DNA of 64,000 bases from Candidatus Marinacidobacterium sp. GTDB lineage: Bacteria > Acidobacteriota > Vicinamibacteria > Marinacidobacterales > Marinacidobacteraceae. The position numbers were made by a program, and so were the translations under genes. Positions 38,029 to 47,696 of the stretch are shown here, in pieces; position 1 is the first letter of the stretch, and every line of letters begins with the position of its first letter. The notes under the pieces are model-generated. The model had not been told where the DNA came from, did not search any database, and worked only from the letters and a program-made list of their open reading frames with translations. The DNA is taken from positions 3,616,001 through 3,680,000 of the forward strand of contig OZ242011.1 of the NCBI GenBank assembly GCA_965204755.1, given 5' to 3'.

Positions 38029-39210
38029 TTGCGGCGAAGCGGAACCGGCGGGCGGGGGATCGGGGCCGCGCCGCGTCCCGCCGGCGTCCTCCCGAGGATC
38101 GCTCTCGCGTCGGCGCTGGGCGCGGCCTCGGCGAGTTGCGGGGACGCGCCCTTCTGGCCCGGCCCCGAGGCGGCGGAGCGCGCCTTCGCCGCCCTCTACC
38201 GGGAGGCGCGCGGGCGGGTCCTGGCCGGGGACTTCGCCCGCCCCGACGGGTTCGCCTACGCCGTGGACATCGGCGAACTCCTGAAATTGGCCGCGCGCCG
38301 GTCCGACCGGGAGATGGCGGACGCGCTGCGCGCCTTCGCCCGTTCGCGGCTCCTGGTGGACTCGCCCGACGATCCGTTCACCCGCGGCTTCGTGGCGTGG
38401 CGGCGCTCCCCCGATCCCGCCCCGGCGGGAGACGACCGGCCGGACGCCTCCGGCACCACCGAGGCGCTCCGGGTGTCGCAGGGCCTTCGGGAGACCGCCG
38501 CGGCGTTCGACGCGCCCGAAGACCGCGCGGACGCCCTGCTCATCCTGGACGGGTACGCCCGGCACGCGGCGGACGCGGAAGGGCTGCTCCTGATCCGCAA
38601 CTACTTCGACTTGGGGAGCCGGGCGTTCGCGACCAACTCCTTCCTGGTGGACTACGGCCCGGACTACCTGGCGCGGGTCGGCCGGGCCGAGCGGCGCGAG
38701 GACTTCGCGGCCCTCGCCCGGCGGAGTTACGAGGTGGTCCGGGCGGCCGGGAGCCCCGCCGGGCTTCTCTACGATGTCTTCCAGCCGGAGATGGCGACGC
38801 TGTTCGACGACCGGCGGACGCTGCTCTACTCGCCGAACGACATCGTCCAGACCTCGAACGCCGCCTCGGTCGCGCTCCAGGCGGTCGAAGGCGCGCCGGA
38901 AGTCGCCGACCGGGTGCTCGCCTTCTGCCGGGAGCGGATGCCCGGGCTGAAACTCGCCTACTACGGCCGCACCGGCGAGCCGGCCCGGCAGAAGCGCCCC
39001 GGAATCGAGATCTGGGGGACGCTCACGGAACTGGCGGCGCGCCGCGGGGATCGGGCCTCGATCCGCGCCTTCGCGCCCTTCCTGGCCACGAACGCCTCCG
39101 CCGACCGCGTTCCCGAGGACGCCTTCCTGTATGTGGCGGCGCACCTGCTCCTCGGACTGGATGCGCTCGGCGACTTCTACGGAAGCGCCCCCCGGGCGGC
39201 GGCCGAGTGA
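38029..39210 (+). CDS. Hypothetical probable lipoprotein (start uncertain)
   Basis: 3' part of ORF 33682..39210 has protein-like composition; ALGAASASC lipobox-like; stop overlaps the next GTG. Confidence 0.7.
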   Translation: MRRSGTGGRGIGAAPRPAGVLPRIALASALGAASASCGDAPFWPGPEAAERAFAALYREARGRVLAGDFARPDGFAYAVDIGELLKLAARRSDREMADALRAFARSRLLVDSPDDPFTRGFVAWRRSPDPAPAGDDRPDASGTTEALRVSQGLRETAAAFDAPEDRADALLILDGYARHAADAEGLLLIRNYFDLGSRAFATNSFLVDYGPDYLARVGRAERREDFAALARRSYEVVRAAGSPAGLLYDVFQPEMATLFDDRRTLLYSPNDIVQTSNAASVALQAVEGAPEVADRVLAFCRERMPGLKLAYYGRTGEPARQKRPGIEIWGTLTELAARRGDRASIRAFAPFLATNASADRVPEDAFLYVAAHLLLGLDALGDFYGSAPRAAAE

Positions 39211-40826
39211 GCGGCGCCGCGCCCGCCCCGGACGCCGCGGCCCGGCCCGTCCGGGCCCGGGGCCGCCCGGCGCGCGGGTTCCTCCTGCTCGCCGCCTTCG
39301 GCGCCGCGCTCGGGCTGGAAGCCTTCGGGACGCCGCCCTGGGTCCGCCCCACGCTCTCGCTCTCCCCGCCGGCGGGCCTCCTGGCGCTCGCCGCCGCGCT
39401 CGTCCCGGACCGGCTGCGGCGTTCGGGCCGGGCGCCCCGGATGCTCCTCGTGGCGGGGTTGCTCGCGCTTTCCACCGCGCGCCTCGCCGAGCGGGTGGCG
39501 CTCCGACTGCTGGGACGCCCGCTCGACCCGGCGGGGGACCTGCCCCATGTCGGAGCGGTGGCGGCGATGTTGACCGACGAACTGCCGTTCGGTCTCGCTC
39601 CCGCGGTCGCCGCGGCGGCGGTGATCGGAATCCTCGGCCTGCTCCTCGCGGGAGCGCGGGGCCTTCGGGCCTTGGGCGCCGCCTTCTCCGGGGCGGCGGC
39701 CGGCCCGCGGATCGCCGCGCTCGCGCTCGGCGCCCTGGCCGTGGGCGCGCCGGCGCTGTGGCCGCCGGGCGGCGCCGGGGCGGCGGCGCTCGCCCGGATC
39801 GCCGCGGCGCCCTTCGCGCCCCCTCCGCCGGAACTCGAAGGGCCGCCGCTTCCGCCGCCCCCGGCCCTCGGCGGCGCCGATGTGTTCGCGATCTTCGTCG
39901 AGTCCTACGGGATGGCCGCCTTCGGGGAGGACGCGCGCCGCTCGCGGCTCGAGGCGAGTCTCCGCCGACTCGCGGCGGACGCCGCCGCCGGGGGCTTCGA
40001 CTTCCGTTCCGCGCAGATCCAGAGCCCGACTTTCGGCGGAGGCTCCTGGCGGGCGCACGCCTCGCTCCTCTCCGGCGTGTGGATCGACACCGAAGCCCGC
40101 TACCGCTCGCTCCTCGCCTCGGGACGGGAGACCCTGGTCGGGCGGTTCGCGGCGGCCGGCTACCGGACGCTCGCCTTCGAGCCGGGAATCCGCGGCGCCT
40201 GGCCCGAAGGGCGGTTCTACGGCTTCCACGAGATCCGGGATCAGGACGGGATCGGCTACCGGGGGCCGCCGATCGGGTGGTGGGTCGTCCCCGACCAGTT
40301 CACGCTCCACGCGCTCGCCGGGGAAGCCGCGGCGGCCTCCGCGCCGCTCTTCGCGAAGGTCTCCCTGATCGGGAGCCACATCCCCTACGCCCCGACGCCG
40401 CCCTATGTGGAGGACTGGACGCGTTTCGACCGGGGCGCGGCCTACCGGACGGGCCTGAAGTCCATCGCCCACGACGACTACCGGGACCTGGTCGAACTCG
40501 GGGACCGGTACGGGGAGAGCCTCGACCATGTGTTCCGGATCGTCGGGGGCTTCCTCCGCCGACCGGGACTCCGCCGGTCGCTGGTGGTCGTCCTGGGTGA
40601 CCACCAGCCGCCGAAACTCTCGCTCCACCAGTCGGACTCCTGGGCGACGCCGATCCACCTGTTCTCCCGGGACCCGGCGCTCCTCGAGCCTTGGGAGGAT
40701 CTCGGGTTCTCGCGGACGCTGCTCCCGGAGCGGGAGACGGGCTGGCGGATGAGCGACTTCCCGCATTCCTTGTCCGCGCTGTTCCCGCAGGGCCCGGAGT
40801 CGGGTGCGCCGGCGGAGCCGCCGTGA
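39207..40826 (+). CDS. Membrane-anchored sulfatase/alkaline-phosphatase-superfamily (LtaS-like) protein
   Basis: N-terminal TM helices, IFVESYG, SPTFGGGSWRAH, SHIPY, VLGDHQP. Confidence 0.82.
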   Translation: MSGAAPAPDAAARPVRARGRPARGFLLLAAFGAALGLEAFGTPPWVRPTLSLSPPAGLLALAAALVPDRLRRSGRAPRMLLVAGLLALSTARLAERVALRLLGRPLDPAGDLPHVGAVAAMLTDELPFGLAPAVAAAAVIGILGLLLAGARGLRALGAAFSGAAAGPRIAALALGALAVGAPALWPPGGAGAAALARIAAAPFAPPPPELEGPPLPPPPALGGADVFAIFVESYGMAAFGEDARRSRLEASLRRLAADAAAGGFDFRSAQIQSPTFGGGSWRAHASLLSGVWIDTEARYRSLLASGRETLVGRFAAAGYRTLAFEPGIRGAWPEGRFYGFHEIRDQDGIGYRGPPIGWWVVPDQFTLHALAGEAAAASAPLFAKVSLIGSHIPYAPTPPYVEDWTRFDRGAAYRTGLKSIAHDDYRDLVELGDRYGESLDHVFRIVGGFLRRPGLRRSLVVVLGDHQPPKLSLHQSDSWATPIHLFSRDPALLEPWEDLGFSRTLLPERETGWRMSDFPHSLSALFPQGPESGAPAEPP

Positions 40827-41929
40827 ACCTCGAAATCTGGACGCCGCCGCTCGACCTCATCACCGGCGGGAACCTCTACGCCCGCGAGATCGCCGAGGCA
40901 CTCGACCGGCGCGGCGCCCGGGTGCTCGTTCGGCAGTTCCGGGCCGGGCGCCTCCGGCCGGAGACGGTTCGGGGCGTTCCCGCCGGGGATGCGGACGCCG
41001 TGGTGCAGGACGCGTGGCTCCACGCCTCGTTCCGGCCGCTGAACCGGCTGCGGCGCCTGAGGCCGCGCCGCCCGCCGCTGATCGCCCTGGTCCACCACCT
41101 GGCGAGCGACGAACCGGAGAGGCCGGAAGGGGAGCGGGCCGCGCTGAGGCGGGCCGAAGCCGCCTACCTGGGCACGGTGGACGCGGTCGCCTCCCCCAGC
41201 CGGGCGAGCGCGAACGCCGCGCTCCGGCGGCGCGGGCGGCCGGCGCCCTGCGCGGTGGTTCCGCCGGGAGGCGACCGGGTGGGCGGGGCGCCGCTCCCGG
41301 AGCGGATGCCGACGGACGGGGAGATCGCGGCCCGCGCGCTCGAGCCGGGGCCGCTCCGCGTCCTGTTCGTCGGGGGGCTGACGCGGAGGAAGCGGCTCCA
41401 CGAACTCCTCCGGGCGGTGGAGCGGACGCCGGGGGTCACGCTCTCCGTGGTCGGCGGCGGAGAGGCGGAGCCGGAGTACGCGGCGTCCGTCCGGAAACGG
41501 GCCGCCGCGCTGGGCGGCCGGGTGGAGACCGCCGGGCCGCTCGGCGGCGGCGAACTGGCGGCCCGGTTGCGGCGGGCGCAAGTCCTGGCGGTCCCTTCGA
41601 CCCACGAGGGGTTCGGGATGGTCTATCTGGAGGCGTTCGCGTTCGGCTTGCCGGTGATCGCCGCGGCTTCCGGCGGGGCTGGCGAGTTCGTCCGGGAAGG
41701 GGAGAACGGCTGGCTGGTCGGTTCGGCCGGCCCCGGCGAGTCCGGTGGTGACTCGGGCGAGGAGGCCGCCGCCGGGGAGATCGCGGAGCGCCTGCGGGAG
41801 GCGGCGGAGTCGCGGGAGACCCTCTCCGCCATGGGGCGTCGGGCGGCGGCGGCGCACCGGGCCTGGCCGAGTTGGGAGGACGCCGCGGCGCAGATCGAGG
41901 ATCTCGCGCGCCGGCTCCCGTCGGCGTAG
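40823..41929 (+). CDS. Glycosyltransferase family 4
   Basis: TGGNLY, FVGGLTRRK, EGFGMVYLEA. Confidence 0.9.
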   Translation: MNLEIWTPPLDLITGGNLYAREIAEALDRRGARVLVRQFRAGRLRPETVRGVPAGDADAVVQDAWLHASFRPLNRLRRLRPRRPPLIALVHHLASDEPERPEGERAALRRAEAAYLGTVDAVASPSRASANAALRRRGRPAPCAVVPPGGDRVGGAPLPERMPTDGEIAARALEPGPLRVLFVGGLTRRKRLHELLRAVERTPGVTLSVVGGGEAEPEYAASVRKRAAALGGRVETAGPLGGGELAARLRRAQVLAVPSTHEGFGMVYLEAFAFGLPVIAAASGGAGEFVREGENGWLVGSAGPGESGGDSGEEAAAGEIAERLREAAESRETLSAMGRRAAAAHRAWPSWEDAAAQIEDLARRLPSA

Positions 41930-41980
41930 CCGCGCCCCCGGGTCGGCGGCCCGATGCCGACGGCGGCTGACGCCTTCGGA

Positions 41981-43015
41981 CTACCTCCCGCCGGCGAGCG
42001 GTCTCCCGGTTTCCCGCGGCCGGGGAGAGCCGGCGGCGGTGAGGGCCGCGAACAGGCCCGCCGCGGCGGCCGCCGGGCCGAGTTCCGGGACTCCCGAAAG
42101 CCAGAGGACGCCGCCGACCGCCGCGGCGGCGCCGGCGAACACGGAAAGCGGGCGCCGAATGCGGGCGAGAGCCCGCGCCGTCGCGCGCCAGGCGCTCCCT
42201 TCCGGGTCGACGCGGCGGCTCATGACCAGGTAGTCCCTCGCGAACCCCGCGAGGAACGGGACGCCCAGCGCGATGGACGCCGGGCCGAACCATTGCGGGG
42301 ACGCTGCGGGGGCGAGGCTCGCGGCGACCAGCGCCATCTGGAATCCGGCGAGGCGACGCCGGAACGGGCTCGGGTCCAGCGATCCTCGGCGGCGGCCCGA
42401 CCGGGACTCCGCGGCGAGCGTGGCCCCGGCCAGGTACCGGGCGAAGCCCGCGGCGAGGTACCAGCGGGGCAGGGCGCCGGTCGAAGCGGCGTAGAGGCTG
42501 CCGGCGGCCAGGCCTAGGGCGTCGGTCTCCCGGTCGAGGAGCGCTCCGAACGGCGTCGCGAAACCGGCGCGCCGGGCGACCGCGCCGTCGAGGGCGTCAG
42601 CCAGGACCGCCGGCGCGTAGAGGAGGAACGGGAGCCAGGCGCCGGCGCCGGTCTCGACCGGTGACCACGCCAGGACCGCCGTCTGCCCGGCGAGGAGAGA
42701 GACCAGCCCGAGGCGGAGCAGGGTGATCGGTACGGCCGGCCCCAGCGGCCCGGCGGGCGTTTCGGCGCCATTTCGCGTCGAACGATGGAGCGAGATCGTC
42801 CGCGAGGCCAAACCGGCTACCGCGAGGAACGCCGCCAGCCCCGCGGCCGTGGCGGCGGCTTCCGGGAACGCCCGGTCGGGCGGGAGGAAGAAGACGATGC
42901 GAACCGCCCCGAAAGCGAGGACGGCCGCGAGTCCGGCGGCCGCCGCCCGGCGGAATCGATGGCGGAGGGCCGCCTCGCCGGCGGCGCCGGCGCCGGGCGG
43001 AGACCGAAAGCGCAA
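41981..43015 (-). CDS. CDP-alcohol phosphatidyltransferase family protein
   Basis: DALDGAVARRAGFATPFGALLDRETD matches the DxxDGxxAR...GxxxDxxxD signature; multiple TMs. Confidence 0.88.
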   Translation of the reverse strand: MRFRSPPGAGAAGEAALRHRFRRAAAAGLAAVLAFGAVRIVFFLPPDRAFPEAAATAAGLAAFLAVAGLASRTISLHRSTRNGAETPAGPLGPAVPITLLRLGLVSLLAGQTAVLAWSPVETGAGAWLPFLLYAPAVLADALDGAVARRAGFATPFGALLDRETDALGLAAGSLYAASTGALPRWYLAAGFARYLAGATLAAESRSGRRRGSLDPSPFRRRLAGFQMALVAASLAPAASPQWFGPASIALGVPFLAGFARDYLVMSRRVDPEGSAWRATARALARIRRPLSVFAGAAAAVGGVLWLSGVPELGPAAAAAGLFAALTAAGSPRPRETGRPLAGGR

Positions 43016-43020
43016 GGGAG

Positions 43021-43249
43021 TCAGCAGCCCGTGGAAAGGGCGCCCCGCCTTCCCTTATCGACCGTCGAAGCATGAAGTCCCTCCGCCCGGGTTCCCCGCG
43101 GGGCGCCTTTCCCGCGGGCGCGGCGCGAATCGCTGCGCGATTCCCCCCGCCGTCCGTCGCGGGGAAGGGGAAACCCCCTCCCCGCGCGCCTCCCCCCGGC
43201 GCTTCGCGCCGAAGGGGCTTTCCTCCGGACTTTCTCCACGGGCCGTTAG
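43021..43249. mobile_element. Full-length MITE-like element, copy B (about 229 bp)
   Basis: Imperfect TIRs: TCAGCAGCCCGTGGAAAG on the left and CTAACGGCCCGTGGAGAAAG (reverse complement of the right end); homologous to copies at 20311, 59869 and 61440; no transposase. Confidence 0.75.
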
Positions 43250-43365
43250 GTTACGGACACCGCCCTCCAGAGGGCGGGACGGCGGGCGGGTGGCCGGCTC
43301 GCGGCGATAATCCCCGGTTCCGTTTTTCCGCCGTCGTCGGCCGAAACCCGCCGGGAGGCGCCCCT

Positions 43366-44991
43366 TTGCGACAGATCACCGAGTCCGTTTCACTCTTCTC
43401 TTCTCGTGACTCCCGACCGGGGTCGAAGGCCGCGGCGGGGCTCGCGCTCGCCGTCTGGTTCGCCGGCGCCGCCGCCGCCCGCGGCGAGGTGGCGTTCCCG
43501 CCGCAGGGTGAGGCGCCGGAAGCGGGTTCCGGGTCGGAGGGCGCCGACGCGGCCGCTGTCGAGACGCGGAACGAAGTCGTGGTCGGAGGAAGTCCGCTCC
43601 GCTACACCGCCGAAGCCGGCACGCTGCCGATCCGCTCGGACGCCGGCGAGACCGAAGGCGAGATCTTCTACATCGCCTACACCGCGGAGGACGACAGCGC
43701 CCCCGCCGACCGCCCGCTCACTTTCTCGTTCAACGGCGGCCCCGGCTCTTCGTCGGTCTGGCTCCACCTGGGCGCGCTCGGCCCCCGGCGCGTGAAGATG
43801 CTGGAAGACGGCGGCCTGCCGGCGCCTCCGTACTCCCTCGTGGACAACGAGTCCTCGTGGCTCGACCTCACCGACCTGGTCTTCATCGACCCGGTGGGAA
43901 CCGGCTACAGCCGCCCCGAGACCGAGGCCGACGGCGAGAAGTTCTGGGGCCTCGAGCAGGACATCCGCAGCGTCGGCGAGTTCATCCGGCTGTACCTGAC
44001 GAGGAACGAGAGGTGGGCCTCGCCGCTCTACCTGGTCGGGGAGAGTTACGGCACGACGCGCGCCGCCGGCCTGAGCGGCTACCTGGTGAGCCGTTCCGGC
44101 ATCGCCTTCAACGGCGTGCTGCTGGTGTCCACGGTCCTGGACTTCGGGGAGATCCGGTTCCGGGAAGGAAACGACCTCCCGTACCTCACCTTCTTCCCGA
44201 CCTACGCCGCGACGGCCTGGTACCACGGCGCGCTGCGGGAGGAATGGCCGAGTCTCGACGACCTGCTCGACGAAGCGCGGCGCTTTGCGTACGAGGACTA
44301 TTGGCCGGCGCTCGCGCGGGGCGCGGAACTGGCGCCGGCCGAGCGGTCGCGCATCGCCGAGGAAGCGGCGCGCCTCACCGGGCTCGACCCCGGCTGGGTG
44401 GAGGACGCCGACCTCCGCATCGAAGCGGGCCGGTTCCGCAAGGAGTTGTTGCGCGACCGCGGGCGGACGGTGGGCCGGCTCGACAGCCGTTTCCTGGGCC
44501 GGGATCGGGACGACGCCGGCGAGACCTTCGAGTTCGATCCGAGCATGGCGGCGATCCGCGCGCCGTACACCGCGGCGTTCAACGACTATGTGCGGCGGGA
44601 ACTCGGTTACGAGGACGAAAAGCACTACTGGATCCTCGGCGGCGGCATCGGCCGGTGGGACTTCGGCGGCGGCAACGGCTACGCCGAGACGAGGAGCGCC
44701 CTCCGGGACGCCATGCTGCGGAACCCGTACATGCGGGTGTTCGTCGCCTCCGGTTACTACGACATGGCGACGCCGTTCTTCGGCGCCGAATACACGATGA
44801 ACCACCTGGGGATTCCGCCGGAACTGCGGGAGAACATCACGATCGCCGAGTACGAATCCGGACACATGATGTACATCGACGAGCCGTCGCTGGTGAAGTT
44901 CAAACTCGATGTCGCAGCCTTCTACGCGGGCTCTTCGGAGAATCCCGCCGGGCTCGTCGTTCCCGCGCCCAAACCCGGCGGAAACGAATAG
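43366..44991 (+). CDS. Peptidase S10 (serine carboxypeptidase)
   Basis: FNGGPGSSS, IDPVGTGYS, GESYG, GYYD, SGHM; TTG 43366 follows GGGAGG. Confidence 0.92.
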   Translation: MRQITESVSLFSSRDSRPGSKAAAGLALAVWFAGAAAARGEVAFPPQGEAPEAGSGSEGADAAAVETRNEVVVGGSPLRYTAEAGTLPIRSDAGETEGEIFYIAYTAEDDSAPADRPLTFSFNGGPGSSSVWLHLGALGPRRVKMLEDGGLPAPPYSLVDNESSWLDLTDLVFIDPVGTGYSRPETEADGEKFWGLEQDIRSVGEFIRLYLTRNERWASPLYLVGESYGTTRAAGLSGYLVSRSGIAFNGVLLVSTVLDFGEIRFREGNDLPYLTFFPTYAATAWYHGALREEWPSLDDLLDEARRFAYEDYWPALARGAELAPAERSRIAEEAARLTGLDPGWVEDADLRIEAGRFRKELLRDRGRTVGRLDSRFLGRDRDDAGETFEFDPSMAAIRAPYTAAFNDYVRRELGYEDEKHYWILGGGIGRWDFGGGNGYAETRSALRDAMLRNPYMRVFVASGYYDMATPFFGAEYTMNHLGIPPELRENITIAEYESGHMMYIDEPSLVKFKLDVAAFYAGSSENPAGLVVPAPKPGGNE

Positions 44992-45079
44992 CCCGCCCGC
45001 CCCTTTTTCCGGAACGGCGCCCGTGGCGCGTCCCGTTTCCTCTCCTGCTCCTCCCCGCTCCACCGGAGGCCCAGTCCCC

Positions 45080-47623
45080 ATGACCGAGAACCCTTCCTTC
45101 CGCCGCCGTGCTCGCCTCCTCCGGGTTGCGGTCCTTCCGCTCGCGCTCTCCTGGGCGGCGGCCGCCGGGGCGCAGGGCGCCGCCTCCGGGGAAATGCCGA
45201 CCATCGAGTCCCGGACCTCCGGGATGACCGCGATCCCGGGGTTCGCGCCGCTCCACTGGGACGAGACCACGGGGAGACTGTTCGCCGAACTCGTTCCCGG
45301 CGGCGAAGGGTTCCTGTACCAGGTTTCGCTCGCTTCGGGCCTGGGCAGCAACCCGGTGGGTCTCGACCGCGGACAACTCAGCATGACCGCCATCCTGGAG
45401 CCGATGCGCATCGGCCCGCGCGTGCTGCTCATGGAGCCGAATGTGGGTTACCGGGCGATCAGCGACAACCCGGAGGAAGTGCGCGCGGTGGAAGACGCCT
45501 TCGCGCCGTCCGTCCTCTGGGGCTTTTCGGTGGAGGCCGAAACCGGGGACCGCGTGCTGGTGGACACGACCGACTTCTTCCTCCGCGACACCCACGGCGC
45601 GGCGGAGCGGATCCGCAGGGCCGGGCAGGGGGACTTCCGGGTGGATCGCGACCGGAGCGCGTTCTTCCTGCCGCGGACGAAGGGGTTTCCCGACAACACG
45701 GAAGTGGAGACGCTCCTCACCTTCACCAGCGACGCCCCGGGGCCGCTGGTTCGAGGCGTGGCGGCGAGCGGCGAAGCCGTGACCCTGCGCCAGCACCACT
45801 CGCTGGTGCGGCTTCCCGGCCCGGGATTCGAAGTGCGGGAAGCGGACCCGCGCATCGGCGTGAACGGCCCGCAGTTCATGGACTACGCGACGCCGATCGA
45901 CGAGCCGATGACCGTGCGGCTGACTTCCCGGCACCGGCTCCAAAAACGCGATCCCTCGGCGGAACGGTCCGAGCCGGTGGAGCCGATCGTCTATTACCTC
46001 GACCCGGGCGTGCCGGAACCGGTGCGGAGCGCCCTGCTCGACGGCGCCCGGTGGTGGAGCGAGGCGTTCGAGGCGGCAGGATTCATCGACGCCTTCCGCG
46101 TCGAAGTCCTGCCGCCCGGCGCCGACGCGCAGGACATCCGCTACAACATGATCCACTGGACGCACCGCCGGACGCGCGGCTGGTCCTACGGAGGCTCGGT
46201 CCGCGATCCGCGCACCGGCGAAATCATCAAGGGGAATGTGAACCTGGGCAGCCTGCGGCTTCGCCAGGACCACCTGCACGGCATCGGGCTGGTGGCGCCC
46301 TACGGCGCTTCGGCCATGGGACTGCCGCCCGACCCGGGCGGCCCCCATTCCTGCGGGCTGTCGTCCGCGCCGGGGTTCGCGTACCTGGCGCAAGTCGCCG
46401 ACGGCGCCGACTCGGTGGAACTCGCGCTCGCCCGGGTGCGGCAACTCTCCGCCCACGAAGTCGGGCACACGCTCGGTTTCCCGCACAACTACCTGTCCTC
46501 GACCTACGACGGCCGGGCGAGCGTCATGGACTACCCGGCGCCGCTGGTCGTCATGGAAGACGACGGTTCGCTCTCGCTCGCCGAAGCCTACGGCGTGGGG
46601 GTGGGTTCCTACGATGTCCTCTCGGTGCGCTGGGCGTACGGCCACTTCCCGCCGGAGGAGACCGCTTCCCGGCTCGACGCCATCGTGCGCGAGGGCCTCT
46701 CGTCCGAAACCCGGTTCCTGGCGCATACGGACAACTACATCGGCGCCGGGGCGCATCCGTTCGCGTCCGTATGGGACAACGGGGGCGACCTGGTGCGCCA
46801 CCTGGAGCGCGAGATCGAGATCCGCCGGGCGGGGCTCGACGCCTTCGGCGAGAATGTGGTCCGACCGGGCGACCCGATGTCCGACCTCGAGCCGGTGCTC
46901 GTCCCGCTCTACCTCCACCACCGGTTCCAGTTGAAAGCGGCGATGAACACCATCGGCGGGCAGGAGTACTACTATGCGATTCGCGGCGACGGGCAGTCAC
47001 CGGTGGCGAAGATTCCCGGCGACCGGCAACGACACGCGCTCGAGGTCGTGCTCCGCACCCTGGATACGGACTTCCTGGCGGTGCCGGAACGGATCGTGGA
47101 CCTGATTCCGCCGCCGGCGTACCGGGAGACGGGAGGCGAAACCTTCGACGGCCATACCGGTTTGGTGTTCGATCCGCTGGCGGCCGCCGACGCTTCCGCG
47201 GATTACACGATCGAGTTGCTGCTCCACCCCGAGCGGATGGCGCGCCTCGTCAACAACCACGCGCTCGACCCGGAGCAGCCCGGACTCGGCGAAGTGCTCG
47301 ACCGGCTCCTCGAAACGACCTGGGGCGCCGACGAACCGGGCGACGACTACCGCAAGGCGGTGCAGCAGGCGGCGGAGCGCAGCGCGCTGAACGGACTCAT
47401 GCGCGAGGCGAGCAACCCGGACAATCCGGCGCGGGTGCGCGCCGTCGTCGAGGATCGGCTCGCCGCGCTCGGGGATCGGCTCGGCGCCGCCGAGGGTCTC
47501 AGCCCGCACGAGCGGTTGGCGTTCGCCGACATCGGCCGCTTCCTGGCGCGGGAGCAGAGTCTCGATCCGAACGCCCGCCGTCCGACCCTCCCGCCGGGCT
47601 CGCCCATCGGCTCCCCGCGATAG
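45080..47623 (+). CDS. Exported zinc metalloprotease (DUF5117/DUF4953 Met-zincin type)
   Basis: HEVGHTLGFPHN, SVMDYP Met-turn, signal peptide. Confidence 0.9.
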   Translation: MTENPSFRRRARLLRVAVLPLALSWAAAAGAQGAASGEMPTIESRTSGMTAIPGFAPLHWDETTGRLFAELVPGGEGFLYQVSLASGLGSNPVGLDRGQLSMTAILEPMRIGPRVLLMEPNVGYRAISDNPEEVRAVEDAFAPSVLWGFSVEAETGDRVLVDTTDFFLRDTHGAAERIRRAGQGDFRVDRDRSAFFLPRTKGFPDNTEVETLLTFTSDAPGPLVRGVAASGEAVTLRQHHSLVRLPGPGFEVREADPRIGVNGPQFMDYATPIDEPMTVRLTSRHRLQKRDPSAERSEPVEPIVYYLDPGVPEPVRSALLDGARWWSEAFEAAGFIDAFRVEVLPPGADAQDIRYNMIHWTHRRTRGWSYGGSVRDPRTGEIIKGNVNLGSLRLRQDHLHGIGLVAPYGASAMGLPPDPGGPHSCGLSSAPGFAYLAQVADGADSVELALARVRQLSAHEVGHTLGFPHNYLSSTYDGRASVMDYPAPLVVMEDDGSLSLAEAYGVGVGSYDVLSVRWAYGHFPPEETASRLDAIVREGLSSETRFLAHTDNYIGAGAHPFASVWDNGGDLVRHLEREIEIRRAGLDAFGENVVRPGDPMSDLEPVLVPLYLHHRFQLKAAMNTIGGQEYYYAIRGDGQSPVAKIPGDRQRHALEVVLRTLDTDFLAVPERIVDLIPPPAYRETGGETFDGHTGLVFDPLAAADASADYTIELLLHPERMARLVNNHALDPEQPGLGEVLDRLLETTWGADEPGDDYRKAVQQAAERSALNGLMREASNPDNPARVRAVVEDRLAALGDRLGAAEGLSPHERLAFADIGRFLAREQSLDPNARRPTLPPGSPIGSPR

Positions 47624-47657
47624 GCCGCCGGCGGCGCGTCCCGCGGGGCGGTCCGGC

Positions 47658-47677
47658 CCGCGGGGTTTCCCCCGCGG
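47658..47677. terminator. Hairpin between convergent genes
   Basis: CCGCGGGG-TTTC-CCCCGCGG. Confidence 0.4.
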
Positions 47678-47696
47678 CGGGCGCCGGGCCGCGCGC

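Noticed and set aside
43072-43365. Long N-terminal extension of the S10 peptidase from ATG 43072
   Set aside because: That ATG lies inside the MITE-like element; TTG 43366 has a good RBS and directly precedes the signal peptide.
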